Positions 9,165-17,514 of a DNA stretch of 32,000 bases are shown one piece after another (within the stretch, counting starts at the first letter, position 1; every line of letters starts with the position of its first letter). The notes below the pieces were generated by a model. The model searched no databases. It was not told the DNA's origin and worked only from the letters and a program-made list of their open reading frames with translations. The stretch is taken from contig LT962688.1 of NCBI GenBank assembly GCA_900234795.1, forward strand, positions 4,530,001 through 4,562,000, written 5' to 3'. The position numbers were made by a program, and so were the translations under genes. The stretch comes from Methylorubrum extorquens. GTDB lineage: Bacteria > Pseudomonadota > Alphaproteobacteria > Rhizobiales > Beijerinckiaceae.

Positions 9165-10664
9165 ATGCCTCAAGAGATACCGCACTTCATCGACGGCGCC
9201 CGCGCCCCGGGCCGCTCCGGCCGCACCGCGCCGGTCTACAATCCGGCCACCGGCGAGGAGACCGGCGCGGTGGCGCTGGCGAGCCGCGACGAGGTCGAGG
9301 CCGCGGTGGCATCGGCCAAGGCCGCTTTCCCGGCCTGGGCCGCCACGCCGCCCCTGCGCCGCGCGCGCATCCTCAACCGCTTCCTGCGCATCCTTGAGGA
9401 GCGCACCGACGAACTCGCTGCCGTCATCACCGCCGAGCACGGCAAGGTGCTCTCGGACGCCAAGGGCGAGGTTCAGCGCGGGGCCGAAGTCGTGGAATTC
9501 GCCACCGGCATCCCGCAGCTTCTGAAGGGCGAGGTGACAGAGAATGTCGGCACCCGCGTCGACAGCCACTCCCTGCGCCAGCCGCTCGGCGTGGTCGCCG
9601 GCATCACGCCGTTCAACTTCCCCGCCATGGTGCCGATGTGGATGTTTCCCGTGGCGCTCGCCTGCGGCAACTGCTTCGTCCTGAAGCCCTCCGAGCGTGA
9701 CCCATCGACCGCTTTGCGGATGGCCGAGTGGCTCAAGGAGGCCGGCCTGCCCGACGGCGTGTTTCAAGTGGTGCAGGGCGACAAGGAAGCGGTCGACGCG
9801 CTCCTGCACAGCCCCGGCATCAGCGCGGTCAGCTTCGTCGGCTCGACCCCGATCGCCCGCTACATCTACGCCACCGCCACCAGCACCGGGAAGCGCGCCC
9901 AGGCGCTGGGCGGCGCCAAGAACCACATGATCGTCATGCCCGATGCCGACATGGATCAGGCGGTCGATGCCCTGATGGGCGCCGCCTACGGCTCGGCGGG
10001 CGAGCGCTGCATGGCGGTCTCGGTGGCGGTGCCGGTCGGCGAGCGGACCGCCGACGCCCTGATCGAGCGGCTGATCCCGAAGGTACGCGCGCTCAAGGTC
10101 GGCCCCGGCACCGACCCCGAGTCCGAGATGGGCCCGCTGGTGACGCGCCAGCACTACGAGAAGGTGCGCGGCTACATCGACCAGGGCGTGGCCGAGGGCG
10201 CCGAGCTCTTGGTTGATGGGCGCGACCTCAAGCTCCAGGGCTACGAGGGCGGCTACTTCATCGGCGGCTCGCTGTTCGACCGGGTGACGCCGGAGATGCG
10301 GATCTACCGGGAGGAGATCTTCGGGCCGGTCCTGGCCGTGACCCGGGTGCCGGACTACGCCGCGGCCGCGCAGCTCATCAACGAGCACGAGTTCGGCAAC
10401 GGCACCGCGATCTTCACCCGCGACGGCGACGCGGCACGCGAGTTCGCGCATGCGATCGAGGTCGGCATGGTCGGCATCAACGTGCCGATCCCGGTGCCGA
10501 TGGCCTTCCACTCCTTCGGCGGCTGGAAGGCCTCGCTGTTCGGCGACCACCACATGCACGGGCCGGAGGGCGTGCGCTTCTACACGCGCCTCAAGACCAT
10601 CACGACCCGCTGGCCGACCGGCATCCGTGCCGGCGCCGACTTCGTGATGCCGACCATGCAGTAA
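9165..10664 (+). CDS. mmsA: Methylmalonate-semialdehyde dehydrogenase (CoA-acylating)
   Basis: ORF 9165..10664, 499 aa, aldehyde dehydrogenase fold. It has MmsA-typical stretches: [33 protein letters not shown], the catalytic Cys in GERCMA, and the C-terminus KTITTRWP. Confidence 0.9.
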   Translation: MPQEIPHFIDGARAPGRSGRTAPVYNPATGEETGAVALASRDEVEAAVASAKAAFPAWAATPPLRRARILNRFLRILEERTDELAAVITAEHGKVLSDAKGEVQRGAEVVEFATGIPQLLKGEVTENVGTRVDSHSLRQPLGVVAGITPFNFPAMVPMWMFPVALACGNCFVLKPSERDPSTALRMAEWLKEAGLPDGVFQVVQGDKEAVDALLHSPGISAVSFVGSTPIARYIYATATSTGKRAQALGGAKNHMIVMPDADMDQAVDALMGAAYGSAGERCMAVSVAVPVGERTADALIERLIPKVRALKVGPGTDPESEMGPLVTRQHYEKVRGYIDQGVAEGAELLVDGRDLKLQGYEGGYFIGGSLFDRVTPEMRIYREEIFGPVLAVTRVPDYAAAAQLINEHEFGNGTAIFTRDGDAAREFAHAIEVGMVGINVPIPVPMAFHSFGGWKASLFGDHHMHGPEGVRFYTRLKTITTRWPTGIRAGADFVMPTMQ

Positions 10665-10685
10665 CGCAGGCAGGTTGGCCGATAC

Positions 10686-10712
10686 GCAGGAGGTCAAAAA
10701 TTGGCCTCCTGC
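10686..10712 (+). terminator. Stem-loop downstream of mmsA
   Basis: GCAGGAGG (10686-10693) pairs with CCTCCTGC (10705-10712) around an 11-nt A-rich loop, 22 nt after the mmsA stop. No clear T-tract follows, so its function as an intrinsic terminator is uncertain. Confidence 0.35.
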
Positions 10713-11024
10713 AGACTTTGATGCCTATCGCGTGGCTATGGTCAGCGACCAACCGAAGAGCCTGACGTAACCTCGTGCTCACGCCGATCGCATCCGAATA
10801 GGCGCGGGATCCGATGACGCCGGAAGAACTCGGTCCACCCCACTCGGGCAGATCGGTGAACGGAGGCCAAGTCGTGCAGTCCGGCCTCCTGAATCGCCGG
10901 GACCGACGAAATCATAGCGCGCCAACTCCTGACCCGTTCCAGACATTCGGGATGCTGCCGCAGAAGGTCTGCAGGTAGGCGTGCAGGGCGGCCGGCGGCG
11001 ATGTCGGCCACGTCCTGCAGCCGT

Positions 11025-12059
11025 TCAGGCCGGCTCCGGAACCCGCCCCGGCGTCGACCCGGATCGGTAGGCGGCGGCCGCCAGGTCCGTGCGCCAGCAG
11101 GCGACCCGGTGTCCCGGGGCGATCTCGCTCACCGGTGGCATCTCCCGGCGACAGCGCTCCTCGGCGAGGAAGCAGCGCGGGGCGAAGGGGCAGCCGGGCG
11201 GCCGGTTGGCGAGATCGGGCGGGCTGCCCGGAATCGTCTCCAGGCGGGCGCCCTTGGCGAGCGCGCCCTCCGCGCGGCTGCGCAGCAGGCCGATCGTGTA
11301 GGGGTGGTGGGGATCGAGCACCACCTGATGGGCCGTACCGTTTTCGACGATTTTCCCTGCATACATCACGGCGATGCGGTCGGCGGCCTCGACCGCCGCG
11401 CCGAGATCGTGGGTGACGATGACGATCGACAGGCCGAGGTCGCGCTGCAGCTCGCGCAGCAGCAGCAGCACCTGGATCTGCACGGTGGCGTCGAGCGCCG
11501 TCGTCGGCTCATCGGCGAGCAGCACCTGCGGGCGGCAGGCCAGCGCCAGCGCTATCATCGCCCGCTGGCGCATGCCCCCCGACATCTCGTGCGGGTAGTT
11601 GTCGAGCCGCCGCTCGGGGCTCGGGATGCGCACGCGCTCGAACAGGGCAAGCGCCCGGCGCCGCGCCTCCGCCTGCGTCACACCCCGCTCGTGCCGCCGG
11701 ATCGACTCGGTGATCTGCCGGCCCACCGTGTAGACCGGATCGAAGGCGAGCAGCGGCTCCTGGAAGATCATCGAGACGGCGCCGCCGCGGAAATCGGCGA
11801 GCGCCCGCTTGTCGAGCGCCTGCACGTCGCGGCCGGCGGCGAAGATCCGACCCTCGATCCGGCTGCGGCCCTCGGGGAACAGGCGCAAGATCGCGCGCAG
11901 CGTCACGCTCTTGCCGGAGCCCGACTCGCCGAGGAGGGCGAGCGCCTGACCCCGCTCCACCCGCAGGTCGACGCCGTCGACGACCTGCGTCTTGCCGAAG
12001 GCGACGCGCAGCCCGGAGAGTTCGACCGCCGGGTCGGTCGTGGTCACGGACGCACTCAT
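11025..12059 (-). CDS. Peptide/opine-type ABC transporter ATP-binding protein (DppD/OppD-like)
   Basis: ORF 11025..12059. Walker A GESGSGKS, signature MSGGMRQRAMIALALA, Walker B LLADEPTTALD, and a C-terminal oligopeptide-ATPase extension (PGCPFAPRC). ATGA overlap with the upstream gene. Confidence 0.9.
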   Translation of the reverse strand: MSASVTTTDPAVELSGLRVAFGKTQVVDGVDLRVERGQALALLGESGSGKSVTLRAILRLFPEGRSRIEGRIFAAGRDVQALDKRALADFRGGAVSMIFQEPLLAFDPVYTVGRQITESIRRHERGVTQAEARRRALALFERVRIPSPERRLDNYPHEMSGGMRQRAMIALALACRPQVLLADEPTTALDATVQIQVLLLLRELQRDLGLSIVIVTHDLGAAVEAADRIAVMYAGKIVENGTAHQVVLDPHHPYTIGLLRSRAEGALAKGARLETIPGSPPDLANRPPGCPFAPRCFLAEERCRREMPPVSEIAPGHRVACWRTDLAAAAYRSGSTPGRVPEPA

Positions 12060-13111
12060 GCCGCGAGCGCCCGTGCGGGGGCGGCCGGATGGCTGGAGCC
12101 GGCCTGCCGGGCGAGGCAGGCGACCCGGTGGAGCGGCGCCACCGCGTCCAAAGCCGGCTCGGTCCCGGAGCAGACATCCGCGGCCAGCGCACAGCGGGGA
12201 TGGAAGCGGCAGCCGGACGGCGGGTCGATCGGGTTTGGAGGATCGCCGGCGAGCAGCGCCTCCTCCGTGCGGTTGTCGGGGTCGAGGGACGGCATCGAGG
12301 CGAGGAGCGCCTGCGTGTAGGGATGCGCGGGGGCGGCGAGCACCGTGTCGGACGGGCCGATCTCGGCGACGCGTCCGAGATACATCACCATCACGCGGTC
12401 GGAGATGAAGCGCACGACGTTCAGGTCGTGGCTGATGAAGATGTAGGTCAGGCCGAACTCCTGTTTGAGGTCGAGGAGCAGGTTGAGCACCTGGGCCTCC
12501 ACGGACTTGTCGAGCGCCGAGACCGCCTCGTCGAGGAGGACGAGGCGCGGCTCCAGCGCGAGCGCCCGGGCGATGTTGACCCGCTGGCGCTGGCCGCCGG
12601 AGATTTCGTGCGGGTAGCGGCCGGCGAAGCGCTTCGGCTCCAGGCCGACCCGGTCGAGGAGCGTGCGGGCCCGGTCCACCGCCTGCCGGCCCGGCACGCC
12701 GTTCACCTTCGGGCCGAAGGCGATCGACTGCTCGACGGTCATGCGCGGGTTGAGCGAGGCGTAGGAATCCTGGAACACCATCTGGACGGCGCGGCGGTAG
12801 CTGCGCCAGGGCATCGCCCGCTCGCCCACCGGCTGCCCGTCGTAGAGCATCTGCCCGGCGTCGCGCTCAATCAGGCCCATGATCAGCTTGGCGGTCGTCG
12901 ACTTGCCGCAGCCGGATTCGCCGACGATGCCGAGCGTCTCGCCCTTGAGGACGGTGAGATCGATGCCGTCGACCGCCCGCACGGTCTTCTTCGGGCCGGC
13001 GCCCTTGCGCACGGGGAAGTGCTTGACGAGCCCCGAGACCGTCAGAAGCGGCTGGGCGGGGCCGCCGCGGTCGGCGGCGAACGGGTCGGAGACGTCCGGG
13101 ATGACGCTCAC
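12056..13111 (-). CDS. Peptide/opine-type ABC transporter ATP-binding protein (DppF/OppF-like)
   Basis: ORF 12056..13255 trimmed to GTG 13111 (VSVIPDVSDPF...). That GTG forms a GTGA overlap with the permease stop. The longer version would overlap the permease by 148 nt. Walker A GESGCGKST, signature ISGGQRQRVNIARALA, Walker B LVLLDEAVSALD. Confidence 0.88.
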   Translation of the reverse strand: MSVIPDVSDPFAADRGGPAQPLLTVSGLVKHFPVRKGAGPKKTVRAVDGIDLTVLKGETLGIVGESGCGKSTTAKLIMGLIERDAGQMLYDGQPVGERAMPWRSYRRAVQMVFQDSYASLNPRMTVEQSIAFGPKVNGVPGRQAVDRARTLLDRVGLEPKRFAGRYPHEISGGQRQRVNIARALALEPRLVLLDEAVSALDKSVEAQVLNLLLDLKQEFGLTYIFISHDLNVVRFISDRVMVMYLGRVAEIGPSDTVLAAPAHPYTQALLASMPSLDPDNRTEEALLAGDPPNPIDPPSGCRFHPRCALAADVCSGTEPALDAVAPLHRVACLARQAGSSHPAAPARALAA

Positions 13112-14045
13112 TGGCGGATCTCCATGGCGTTGCGCAGGCCGTCCGAGAACAGGTTGAAGGAGATAGAGACGATGAAGATGCACACGCCCGGCAGGGCCGC
13201 GACGAGCGGATTGACGTAGATCGCGGTGCGGAGCGTGTTCAGCATTAGGCCCCATTCCGGCTCGGGGGGGCGCACCCCGAGGCCGAGGAACGAGAGGCCC
13301 GAAGCCAGGATCATCGAGACCGAGATCAGGCCGGTGGCGTAGACGAAGATCGGCCCGACGACGTTGCCGAGCACCTGCACCCGCATGATCGTCAGGGCCG
13401 AGGCGCCGGAGAGCTTGGCCGCGTCGATATAGTCGCGCCGTCGGATGCCGGTGGTGACACTCTCAGCCACCCGCGCGATCTGGGGCACGAACACGCAGGT
13501 CAGCGAGACGATGGCATTGAAGATGCCAGCCCCGAGCGCCCCCGAGAGCGCGATCGCCAGGAGGACGGAGGGAAAAGCGAAAAAGACATCGATGGTGCGC
13601 ATCAGGATCGTGTTGGTCCAGCCGCCGACGTAGCCGGCGAGAATGCCGATGGCGGACCCGATCACGAAGGCGATCAGCACCGGCGTTACACCCATGAACA
13701 GCGACAGCCGCGCGCCGAGCATCAGGCGGCTGATCATGTCGCGGCCGAGCTCGTCCGAGCCCAGCCAGTACACCGCGTCGCCGACCGGCTTCAGGCGGCG
13801 CAGCATCGAGCCCTTGTAGGGGTCCATCGGCGTGATCCAGGGCGCGAGGACCGCCACCGCGATCATCGCGAGGATCAAGGCGCCCGCGGCGATCGCGACG
13901 GGGTCGCGCACGAGGCGGTGGCCGACATGGCCCCAGAATCCGCGCGAGGGGGATGAAGGCGGCCTCGGGCGCGGCGTGCCCGGGGGCCGAGCACGGTGCC
14001 GTCGAGGGCAATGGCTGTCGAGGCGGCTGTGGCGGGAGCGTTCAT
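13108..14045 (-). pseudogene. ABC transporter permease (DppC-like), two +1 frame breaks near the 5' end as sequenced
   Basis: The body is ORF 13108..13911 (SLFMGVTPVLIAFVIG..., IDAAKLSGASALTIMRVQVLGNV). A start with a strong RBS is at ATG 14045 (GGAGG 9 nt upstream): MNAPATAASTAIALDGTVLGP. After G5 13982-13986 comes GHAAPEAAFIP. After G5 13948-13952 comes SRGFWGHVGHRLVRDPVAIAAG, joining the main ORF. Removing one base per run gives about 311 aa. Confidence 0.85.
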
Positions 14046-14061
14046 CTCTTGGACCTCCGGG

Positions 14062-15015
14062 TCAGCCGCGCTCGATGCGCGGGTCGAGGGCGGTCTGCAT
14101 CACATCGACGATGAGGTTGAGGGCGACGAAGAACAGGGCCAACACGAGGATCGAGCCCTGGAGCAGCGGCAGGTCGCGCTGGAAGATCGCGGCGTTGAGG
14201 AGGAAGCCGGTGCCCGGCCACGCGAACACGGTCTCGATCAGAATCGATCCACCGAGCAGGTAGCCGAGCTGCAGGCCCATCACCGCGAGCGCGGTCGGGG
14301 CGGCGTTGCGCACGACGTGGCGGAACACGCCGCGCTCGTCGAGACCCTTGGCGCGCAGGGCCTCGACGAAGTCCTGGGACAGGATGTCGGCCACCAGCGC
14401 CCGGACGGTGCGGGCGATGATGCCGGTCGGGATCACCGACATCGTGACCGCCGGCATGATGATGTAGCGCAGGTGGTCGAAGTCCGGCCGCCAGTTGCCG
14501 GAGCCGTCGGGCCCGGCGCCGGTCGGCGGCAGCCAACCGAGGTTCGCCGAGAACACGATCACGAACACCATGCCGAGCCAGTAGTGCGGCACGCTCACGC
14601 CGAAGACGGACAGCGCCGAGGCCATCCGGTCGAGGACGGAGTTGCGCCGGTAGCCCGCGACGAAGCCGAACAGCACCCCGAAGGTGAAGCCGATCAGGGT
14701 GGCCACCGAGGCGAGGATCAGCGAGTTGACGACCGCGCGCCCGACCTCGGCCGCAACCGGGCGGCCGGTGGCGATCGACACGCCGAGATCGCCGTGCAGC
14801 ACGTGCCACAGCCAGATGAAGTACTGCACCGGCAGCGGCTTATCGAAGCCGTAGGCGGCTCGCATCTCGTCGATTGTCGCCTGCGTTGCGTCAGCCGGCA
14901 GCACCGCGCTCAGCGGATCGCCGGGGGCGAGGTGGACGAGGAGAAAGCACACGACGCTCACGCCGAACGCCACGGGGGTGACGGCGACGAGGCGTTTGAG
15001 GATGTAGAGAAGCAT
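14062..15015 (-). CDS. ABC transporter permease (DppB-like)
   Basis: ORF 14062..15015, 317 aa. The N-terminus MLLYILKRLVAVTPVAFGVSVVCFLLVHLAPGDP and the hydrophobic profile are typical of DppB/OppB permeases. Confidence 0.92.
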   Translation of the reverse strand: MLLYILKRLVAVTPVAFGVSVVCFLLVHLAPGDPLSAVLPADATQATIDEMRAAYGFDKPLPVQYFIWLWHVLHGDLGVSIATGRPVAAEVGRAVVNSLILASVATLIGFTFGVLFGFVAGYRRNSVLDRMASALSVFGVSVPHYWLGMVFVIVFSANLGWLPPTGAGPDGSGNWRPDFDHLRYIIMPAVTMSVIPTGIIARTVRALVADILSQDFVEALRAKGLDERGVFRHVVRNAAPTALAVMGLQLGYLLGGSILIETVFAWPGTGFLLNAAIFQRDLPLLQGSILVLALFFVALNLIVDVMQTALDPRIERG

Positions 15016-15053
15016 TGATCACCCTGCTCGTCTCACGCGCAGACTCAACCGTT

Positions 15054-15166
15054 CCCCTTCCCCTTCGAGGGAGGGGACACGGGTAGGGGTGGCCCAGGCG
15101 GCCCAGGTGGCACCGCGGCGCTCGATCCTGCGCCCCCTTCCCATCCCCCTCCCCACGAGGGGGAGG
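15054..15166. repeat. C/G-rich repeat and hairpin element (REP-like) between the binding-protein and permease genes
   Basis: The CCCCTTCCC motif occurs twice (15054-15063 and 15135-15143). There is a bulged hairpin CCCCTTCCCC/GGGAGGGG (15054-15076), a direct GCCCAGG x2 (15092-15098, 15101-15107), and a clean 7-bp hairpin CCTCCCC-acgag-GGGGAGG (15148-15166). Confidence 0.4.
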
Positions 15167-15182
15167 AGAGCAACTAAGCGTC

Positions 15183-16806
15183 TCACCGCCCGGCGGTGGC
15201 GATGGTGATCGTCGAGAAGTCCTGGAACCAGTTCTGCGCCTGGACGAAGCCTTTCACCTTCGACCTCATCGCCCGCGGATTGACGTCGTGGGTGATCATC
15301 ACGAACAGCGCGTCGTCGACGAACTTCTCGTGGACCTTCTGGAGGACCTTGTTCTGCGCCTCCTTGTCGAAGGTGGTGCGCACTTGGTCGAACAGCTGGT
15401 CCATCTCAGGATCGCAGTAATAGCCCCAGTTGGTGCCGTTCGGCGGCGCGAGGTTGCACTGCAGGTGGCGGATGAAGCCGGTGAACGGGTCCTGGATGAA
15501 GTAAGAGTAATTGATCGCCGATACGCCGCGCGAGATGTCGGCCTTGGCGCCCGCGCGCCAGACGTTGATCAGCGTGTTCCACTCGACGACCTCGTAGTCG
15601 ACCTGGACGCCGACATCGGCGAGGTTCTGCTGCACGAACTCGTTCATCGGCAGCGGCTGCATCTGGCCCGAGCCTGAGGCCGAGATTGCCACCTTGAGCT
15701 TCAACGGCTTCGCCTTGCCGTAGCCGGCCTCGGCAAGCAGCTTCTTGGCCGCCTCGGGATCGTACTTCACGTCGAAGGTGGTGCGGCCGAACCACTGGTG
15801 GTTCGGGGGGTAGAAGCCCTTGGCCGGGATCGCCATCCCGCCCAGCAGCTCTTTCAGGCCCTCGCGGTCGATGGCGAGGTTGACCGCCTTGCGAACGCGG
15901 ACGTCGTTCCACGGCGAGCCCTCGCTCCGGGAGAGATGCCACGTCCAGTTGTGCGGGTAGGCGTTGGTGACGATGGTGAAGCCCGCGCCCTTCAACGAGG
16001 CGATGGCGTCCGGCGCCGGGGCCTCGATCCAATCGACCTGCCCGGCGCGCAGGGCCGCGACCCGGGCGTTGGCCTCCGGCAGCGGCACCAGCACCAGCTT
16101 GTCGAGCTTCGGGATCCGCTTCTTGTCCCAGTAGGCCGGGTTCGGGACCATCTCGGCCCGCTCGCGGGGGGCGAACAGCGTCAGCTTCCACGGGCCGGTG
16201 CCCGAGGGCTGCTTGGCGAAGGCGTCCCAGGACTTGCCGAGTTTCTCCCACTGGGCGGGGGAGGACATCATGATCCAGGCGATCTGGTAGGGCAGCGTCG
16301 CGTCGGGGATCTTGGTGGTGATCTCGACGGTCAGCGGATCGACCGCGCGGTAGCTCGCCACCGCCGGGATACGGGTCTTGCCCTGGGCGGACTGGCGCGG
16401 GTCGTAATGGGGCGCATCGCTCTTCAGGAGCTTGTCGAGGTTCCACACCACCGCATCGGCGGTGAAGTCCGAGCCGTCGTGGAACGTGACGCCCGGGCGC
16501 AGCTTGAAGGTCCACTTGGTCTGGTCGTTCGGGTCCACCGTCCAACTCGTGGCGAGGCCGGGCGTGAGGTCGGAGGCGAGGTCCGCGCTCGTCAGATCCC
16601 AATTGATGAGCCCGTCGTAGACCGTGTAGCCCATGAACCGCATGCCCTCGCCGCCGTTGTCGGTCTGGCCGGTGGTCAGGGGGAATGTCGGACGCTGTCA
16701 TGCCGATGCGCAGAACGCCCTGTGCTAGGGCGGCCGGACTGAGCCCAAGCAGCAGCAGGCCGGCGAGCGCCGCACCGGCGCCGTTTCTCTTCAGACTGAA
16801 CACCAT
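15183..16806 (-). pseudogene. ABC transporter substrate-binding protein, family 5 (peptide/nickel/opine type), one +1 frame break as sequenced
   Basis: The signal peptide and start, MVFSLKRNGAGAALAGLLLLGLSPAALAQGVLRIGMTASDIP, are in the frame of ATG 16806. After G5 16679-16683 the protein continues as LTTGQTDNGGEGMRFMGYTVYDGLINWDL (ORF 15183..16643). Removing one base gives a binding protein of about 540 aa. Confidence 0.87.
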
Positions 16807-16954
16807 CACAGGTCGCACACGCTCCGTGGCCCGGGCACTTGTGCCAGGGATACGCTCGACCGAATGCAAGCTGCCGGCCACATGCCCGCAGAACGGGAAA
16901 CGGTAGCCTGTGTCGGCGCCATCGCGTCCGGCATCCGGGGGGGGCGAGGCGTAG

Positions 16955-17325
16955 AACAAGACCGCCGGTAGGCGGACGCCACCGCACCGCCTCTACGGCC
17001 TACAGCCGACGATCCCGCACCTGACCCGCGCCTCGCTGCATCGTTGCCTGGAACGGCATGGCATCAGCCGTCTGCCGGAGGTCGAAGGCGACAAGCCGAA
17101 GAAGAAGCGCTTTGCTCGGTATCCGATCGGCTAATTCCACATCGACGTCGCACAGGTCAGCACCGCAGAAGGCAAGCTGCCCCCTGTTCGCGGCCCTCGA
17201 CTGCGCGAGCCCGTTCGCCTTCGTTCGCCTGGTCGAGAGTGCTGGTAAGCTAGAAAGCGGCACAGTCACTCCGAGACCTGATCGCGGCCGTACCTGACCG
17301 CATCTACATCGCGCGGCCCCGCGGC
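16955..17325 (+). mobile_element. IS481-family transposase remnant (internal fragment, decayed)
   Basis: It reads RLYGLQPTIPHLTRASLHRCLERHGISRLPEVEGDKPKKKRFARYPIG*FHIDVAQVSTAEGKL, then after C5 17180-17184 PLFAALDCASPFAFVRLVESAGK, then (in another frame) SLRDLIAAVPDRIYI. This matches my recollection of IS481-type integrase cores (LYALQPTIPHLTRSSLHRCLQRHGISRLPEVEGDKP...YPIGYFHIDIAEV). There is an in-frame TAA at 17132-17134, and both ends are truncated. Confidence 0.72.
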
Positions 17326-17514
17326 AGGCCTGACGCTTCAGGCTCGACCCGTCACATCATACTGGAACTGTAAAGCGAGCAGACCCATGACTGTTTTTCC
17401 AGCACAAAACCATCAAATGATACAAATTTAGTCTGCAAGCACAGCATTGTCTCTTGAGCGACTCGGCCGCCGCTTCCTAGCCTCGCACCCGGCAATCAAC
17501 GCGAGAGAACGGCC

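Noticed and set aside
12056-13255. The long 399-aa version of the DppF-like ATPase
   Set aside because: The extra 48 codons overlap the permease gene and encode an Arg/Pro-rich leader. GTG 13111, coupled to the permease stop, gives a normal N-terminus.
1793-15018. Many long antisense or off-frame ORFs in the backbone operons (for example 1793..3700-, 3887..5185-, 5032..6147-, 5649..7019-, 8940..10697-, 11001..12320+, 12089..13219+, 13996..15018+)
   Set aside because: All overlap genes with clear family motifs on the other strand or in another frame. Their translations are low-complexity Arg/Gly/Pro/Asp-rich sequences expected from GC-rich antisense frames.
1828-17184. Homopolymer frame breaks as phase-variation switches or programmed frameshifts
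   Set aside because: The tracts are only 4-5 nt long and lie in housekeeping-type transporter and enzyme genes. They all require the same one-base correction. No slippery heptamer or downstream structure is evident. A technical artefact is the simplest explanation.
17363-17377. TGGAAC resembling the -24 box of a sigma-54 promoter upstream of the amidase gene
   Set aside because: The -12 element is absent (AGCG where TTGC is expected at the correct spacing).
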